A DNA stretch of 64,000 nt. Source: Moniliella sp. 'wahieum'. Taxonomy: Eukaryota. The first letter of the stretch is position 1, and each line of letters opens with the position of its first letter. Where the stretch lies: assembly GCA_003971905.1 (NCBI GenBank), contig RSEE01000034.1:62001-126000 (forward strand). Reading direction: 5' to 3'. The translations under genes and the position numbers were made by a program. Of this stretch, positions 60,204 to 64,000 are shown in pieces. The notes under the pieces are model-generated. The model saw only the letters and a program-made list of their open reading frames with translations. It did not search any database and had not been told where the DNA came from.

Positions 60204-62478
60204 TTAGGTGGAGGGGCTGGTCCAGCTGATCCCGGGGTTAGAACCACAAGGTTGAGTGGATAAGCTTGAGAAGAACTGGCGAGGGTTTTCAGTGGGATTA
60301 AATTTGGGAATGTTGCCCAACTGGAGCTGCGTGATGAAGCTCCATTGCATTTGCCAATTGTTGGAAGAAGATGAAGAGTTCATGGCTTTGTACGTCCAAA
60401 AGAAACTCCCTCCCGACCAACCGTAGGCGGAGGCCTGAGCATTGAAATACTGTTGAGACCAAGTCGCGTTGGTAGTGGACATCCCGCTGGCTAAACTCCA
60501 TTCAGTCTTGACAGTTGGCACAGGGAAGGAGGAGTACGATTGCACGTTGCTACAGACCAACGAGTAGATCTGGTTCGCGTTGGTCTTCGGGGGGTAGGTG
60601 CCAGGGTAAGGATTGTCGTTAAAGACGAGCAAGCGTGGGTCCTTGCCCAAGGCAAAGTTGTGCCAGTATTGTGTAGGATTGGAAGCAAAGCCATGGTGGA
60701 AAAACATGGTGTAGTTGGCTTGCGATAACGTGGTATAGGTACGGTTGTAAAAGTTCATCGTCGTCTGCAGCCGACTGGGGGTGGCGCCCTGGGGACCGTT
60801 AGGCTCATTGACCGGCGTGATGGCAGATACGACCGAGCGATAGGGATGGGGGTCCAACCAGTCAACCAAGGCTTGGATCAACCGATCGGAACGAGCTTGG
60901 TTGGTCGAATTCCACCAGGTTGGGTGAGAGGTGGCTTGTCCGCTCGCCTGGTCGCCCGACTGGGAACCCATAAGCTGGTGCATATCAATCACCGCTCGCA
61001 TGTTTCGCTTCCAGAGCCAGCCAAGCATCTGCGTCAAGTGATCGAGATGAGTACCGTTGATGTAGGGTTCGTTGCCCTCAGTGGGTACCCAGAACCAATA
61101 AGCACAAGGGATGCGCACCATGTTGATTCCTGCTTCGTGAAGAATCTGGACATCCGTCTCATTGAGAAAGCTGCTCATGTAGTTCTCTAGAACTTCCGTT
61201 GTTCGGTTCCCCAACGTCTCGTGGAACGTCCATTCATCGGGCGCATTGGGGGCGTACTGCGCCCACCAATCCGTATCGAGCCACTGCTCATGCACGAGCC
61301 AGTTTCCTAGCGACACACCATACGCCTTTGAGTCTGGTTGACTCCAATCCCATGCCGGGAGAGGCTTGATGTTGCGGGGATCATTTCCACTTGAGTCGAG
61401 CGGTGGTTGGGAGCCAGACCCGGAGGACGAGGAGCCGGGATGGCTCGATCCGGGAGCAGCTGCCGTCTTGTGCGACAACCCAATTCCCAGACCTACGCCC
61501 AACCCCGCCCCCACAGCCACCAAGACAAGGATTAGGAAGGCGAACCACCAAGGATGGCGCCGGACCCATGACTTGCGGGGCGGAGGGGAATCGCCAAAAA
61601 GCGCAGCACCCTCTTGAAATTCGTCTGAGCCGTTCGACTTTTCCCAGGCACCAATCTAAAAACAGTCAGTCTCGGTCTTCGAAGCTGCGGATGAGAGAAC
61701 ATACCTCAGTGGAACGTGACTTGGAAGGCCAGAAGCGAAAGGTAGATGTGGATGCGTTTTGGGCCGAAATGGACTTGCCAGCGAGAAGAAGTGAGCGCGA
61801 ATCGCGTTCATTATCCTGTGAGTACGATTTCTTCCGATGCGATGGACGCCATTCCACATAGTCGGCATCTATTGGGGCAGAGGGTTCTTCGGCAACCAAT
61901 GTCTGGGTAGAGTCATGCCGCTTGTCATACTTGTGCTTCAGAAGAGCAATCTCCTCCTCCTTTTCCCCAGAGTCAAACTCAGGAAGCACCACTCGAATGG
62001 TTTGGACCGGTTTGGTCTGTTCTGTACGAACAGGGGCGGCGGCTGCAGTTGAATGCTTCTTTACTTTGGTCCTGCTGGATTTGCGCCCACCTCCGCTCTT
62101 AGCTGAAACCAGCGCAGGGTCCTGTGACTTGGTAGAATCGCTGATGATGCGGCCTGAATGAGTGCGGGTTGCAGCACGTGCCGGTACAGGAGGTTGGGAT
62201 GGGAGTCTTGGCTTCGGTTCCAAAGCACCAGGAGGGACGCTTTTTCCCTTTTCGGGTTTGGCAACTTTTGGATCGGTCCCCTTCTTAGCCGGAGAAGGCG
62301 AGGGATGAGAATGTTTTTGGCTCGCTGTTTTGGGGGTCCCACTCGCGGACGGTTTTGACCCTAAAGGCTTTGGGGAGGGCTTCCCAAAGTAGGCACGGAA
62401 ATATGCGTCGTTGCGCGGCTCTTCTTCCTCTTTGGAATTGGGAGGGTCCCTTTTGCCATCTCGGCCAGGAGCTGGCAT
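60204..62478 (-). CDS. Type II membrane-anchored glycoside hydrolase family 5 (exo-1,3-beta-glucanase-like)
   Basis: GVSLGNWLVHEQW, DEWT, GINMVRIP, IDMH, acid/base NEP, nucleophile TEWSLA, GSFFWTYK; TM segment near 61480-61550. The disordered N-terminal ORF 61666-62478 most likely joins through an indel near 61670. Confidence 0.88.
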
Positions 62479-64000
62479 CGTGTGTGAAGGTCTGAATGGA
62501 TGTAGGGGCTGGAGGGCAACAGGTGGGGTGCTGGCCACAACTTCGGAGGACTCACAGCTCAGGTCTCTCTCAAAATGGTTGGCTCGGCAAGCGGTGGTAC
62601 AGGACAACCAAGGAAAGGTGGATCTGATAAAGAAAAGACGTGGGTCTAGTTAGCCTCTCGATCCGGCACCTCATCGCTTACACCCCACACCCACCAGCGT
62701 GGCGGTCACCACGCCCCCTCAATGCGAACAGGTGGGAAGTGGGCTTGTTCGAAACGTACCAACGGCAGGATAGAGGAGGTGGAGGAGCAAAGCGAAGTAT
62801 CTGCGGCAAGTCTGTAGTTGTGTTGTAGCAGCTAAGAACCCCGATGACAAGTCTGTGGTTGTGCAGCATGCTGAATCTACATAGGTAGAGTCTTGCGCAA
62901 TTTTAATTGGTTGGACGATGTGATCTACAAACTGCTGCGCACGGGGGCAGTCGCCACAGTGATATGCGGATCCTATCGAGTAACCGGGGGTGCCGTTGCA
63001 TTAAATAACGCGTCTCCGCCTCAGCACGGGCCGGGGGGAGAGCCTATTCTCGCCTATCCCGTCCACCATGAATCGCGTAGACCAGACATCCAGTCATCGC
63101 CACTGCGTCACCGGCGGCCGGTCACCTCTGTGGGCCTATGGTCTTTCGTGGCCAAGGTCACTTCCATCACCGGCACCGCTGACCGATGAGTGACACCATG
63201 TGTGATGTGCGTGTGATCTTGTTCTGATGTGTGGCGTTTCCGGCTCAATAATGACAACTTGGAATCACCATGTCTTCAATCGCAATTTGATCTCCATCGA
63301 CCACCATTTCCATTTACTAGCTTTACTGTCCTTTCGGCTCCTCCTGGGCGTTAATACATTCATCTCCACTAGCCTATACTCCCCCTCAGACATCCCACAT
63401 CGTGCATGAGGCCAGGGGTTTTCTTCAGCGGTTGTTTAGTTATCGAAGTGATCAAAAAGATGTTAATTTTGTTGAGCGTGGGAGTCGTTGTGTCACACTG
63501 ATGACACCTTTGCTTGAAGAGCAACGGCAATAACCCTCAGGGCAGCCGTGTTGGTATGGTTGCAAGGCCAAATTCGCCTTCACCTCGTCGAAATGAGCTG
63601 CTAGTCTGACTGGGTGCGTGGGATTGCTGGGAAAATGAACCACAATACCATACCCCCGATCCATGATACCCTTTCCACCGATCCCTTGACGCTCTGGGCG
63701 AAGGGCCACTCTTCCGACTGTGAAAAGAGCAAAATGAGTCCCTATCCTGCTGCGTGGTAGTGCAGCATGAAAGCGTTCATATTGCTACAAATAGCCCTGT
63801 GTAAAACACGTAGCCCCAGGGCAGGAGGGCTAAGAGCTGTTGGCGCGCCAAACGAGAGCCAGTGTACCTGAAATATAAGAGAAGGCGGTGGTGGAAGGGT
63901 GGTGTACACCCATACGATGCACGAGGCAAAAGGCCGAGGGAGGGGGGGGATCGATGTTACGGGGCGCTCCGGTTATCTCCGGACGCTGAGCCCCGCGTGT

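Noticed and set aside
20600..62478. Carbohydrate/stress gene cluster (GDB1, HOG1, GH9, GH5, DAO)
   Set aside because: The genes are far apart, interleaved with unrelated housekeeping genes, and no shared pathway or backbone enzyme is present.
1..62500. Frameshifts in most genes as mass pseudogenisation or programmed frameshifting
   Set aside because: They are small indels, often at G/C runs, in conserved housekeeping genes (GDB1, SLH1, NEM1, syntaxin) whose motifs are otherwise intact and lack in-frame stops. Uncorrected long-read error is the simpler explanation; read polishing would decide.
62640..64000. Possible gene or transposon fragment at the right edge
   Set aside because: Only short ORFs with stops and ambiguous splice signals on the minus strand; no motif I can support.

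Overview
Eukaryotic, GC-rich, intron-poor fungal DNA, most consistent with a basidiomycete of the smut lineage (Ustilaginomycotina-like). This placement is inferred from short GT-AG introns with CTRAC branch points, an intronless HOG1 and the protein style. About 18 protein-coding genes are recognisable: a large low-complexity/coiled-coil protein, a bacterial-type DyP peroxidase, a 4E-BP with a TOS motif, an Atos/FAM214-like protein, a Pep12-like syntaxin, Nem1, Gdb1, Emc6, a GPI-anchored protein, Hog1, a Hal/Npr-family kinase, a membrane-anchored GH9, an Slh1/ASCC3 helicase, a Zap1-like zinc finger, a J-domain protein, a small hypothetical protein, D-amino-acid oxidase and a membrane-anchored GH5. 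There is also an intron-containing tRNA-Asn(GTT) and a 5'-truncated CRE/Cnl1-type non-LTR retrotransposon relic. Many genes carry frameshifts, probably uncorrected long-read errors, so gene ends are approximate. The most unusual signal is non-coding. Nearly every intergenic region, and some introns, carry 7-bp-periodic arrays with the grammar TRA-[4-bp palindrome]-TRA (or the reverse complement TYA). The tetramer and TGA/TAA swap within a single array while the period is kept, which plain slippage does not explain. Two unexplained structured non-coding stretches (about 26.9-27.3 kb and 59.0-59.7 kb) are ncRNA candidates.
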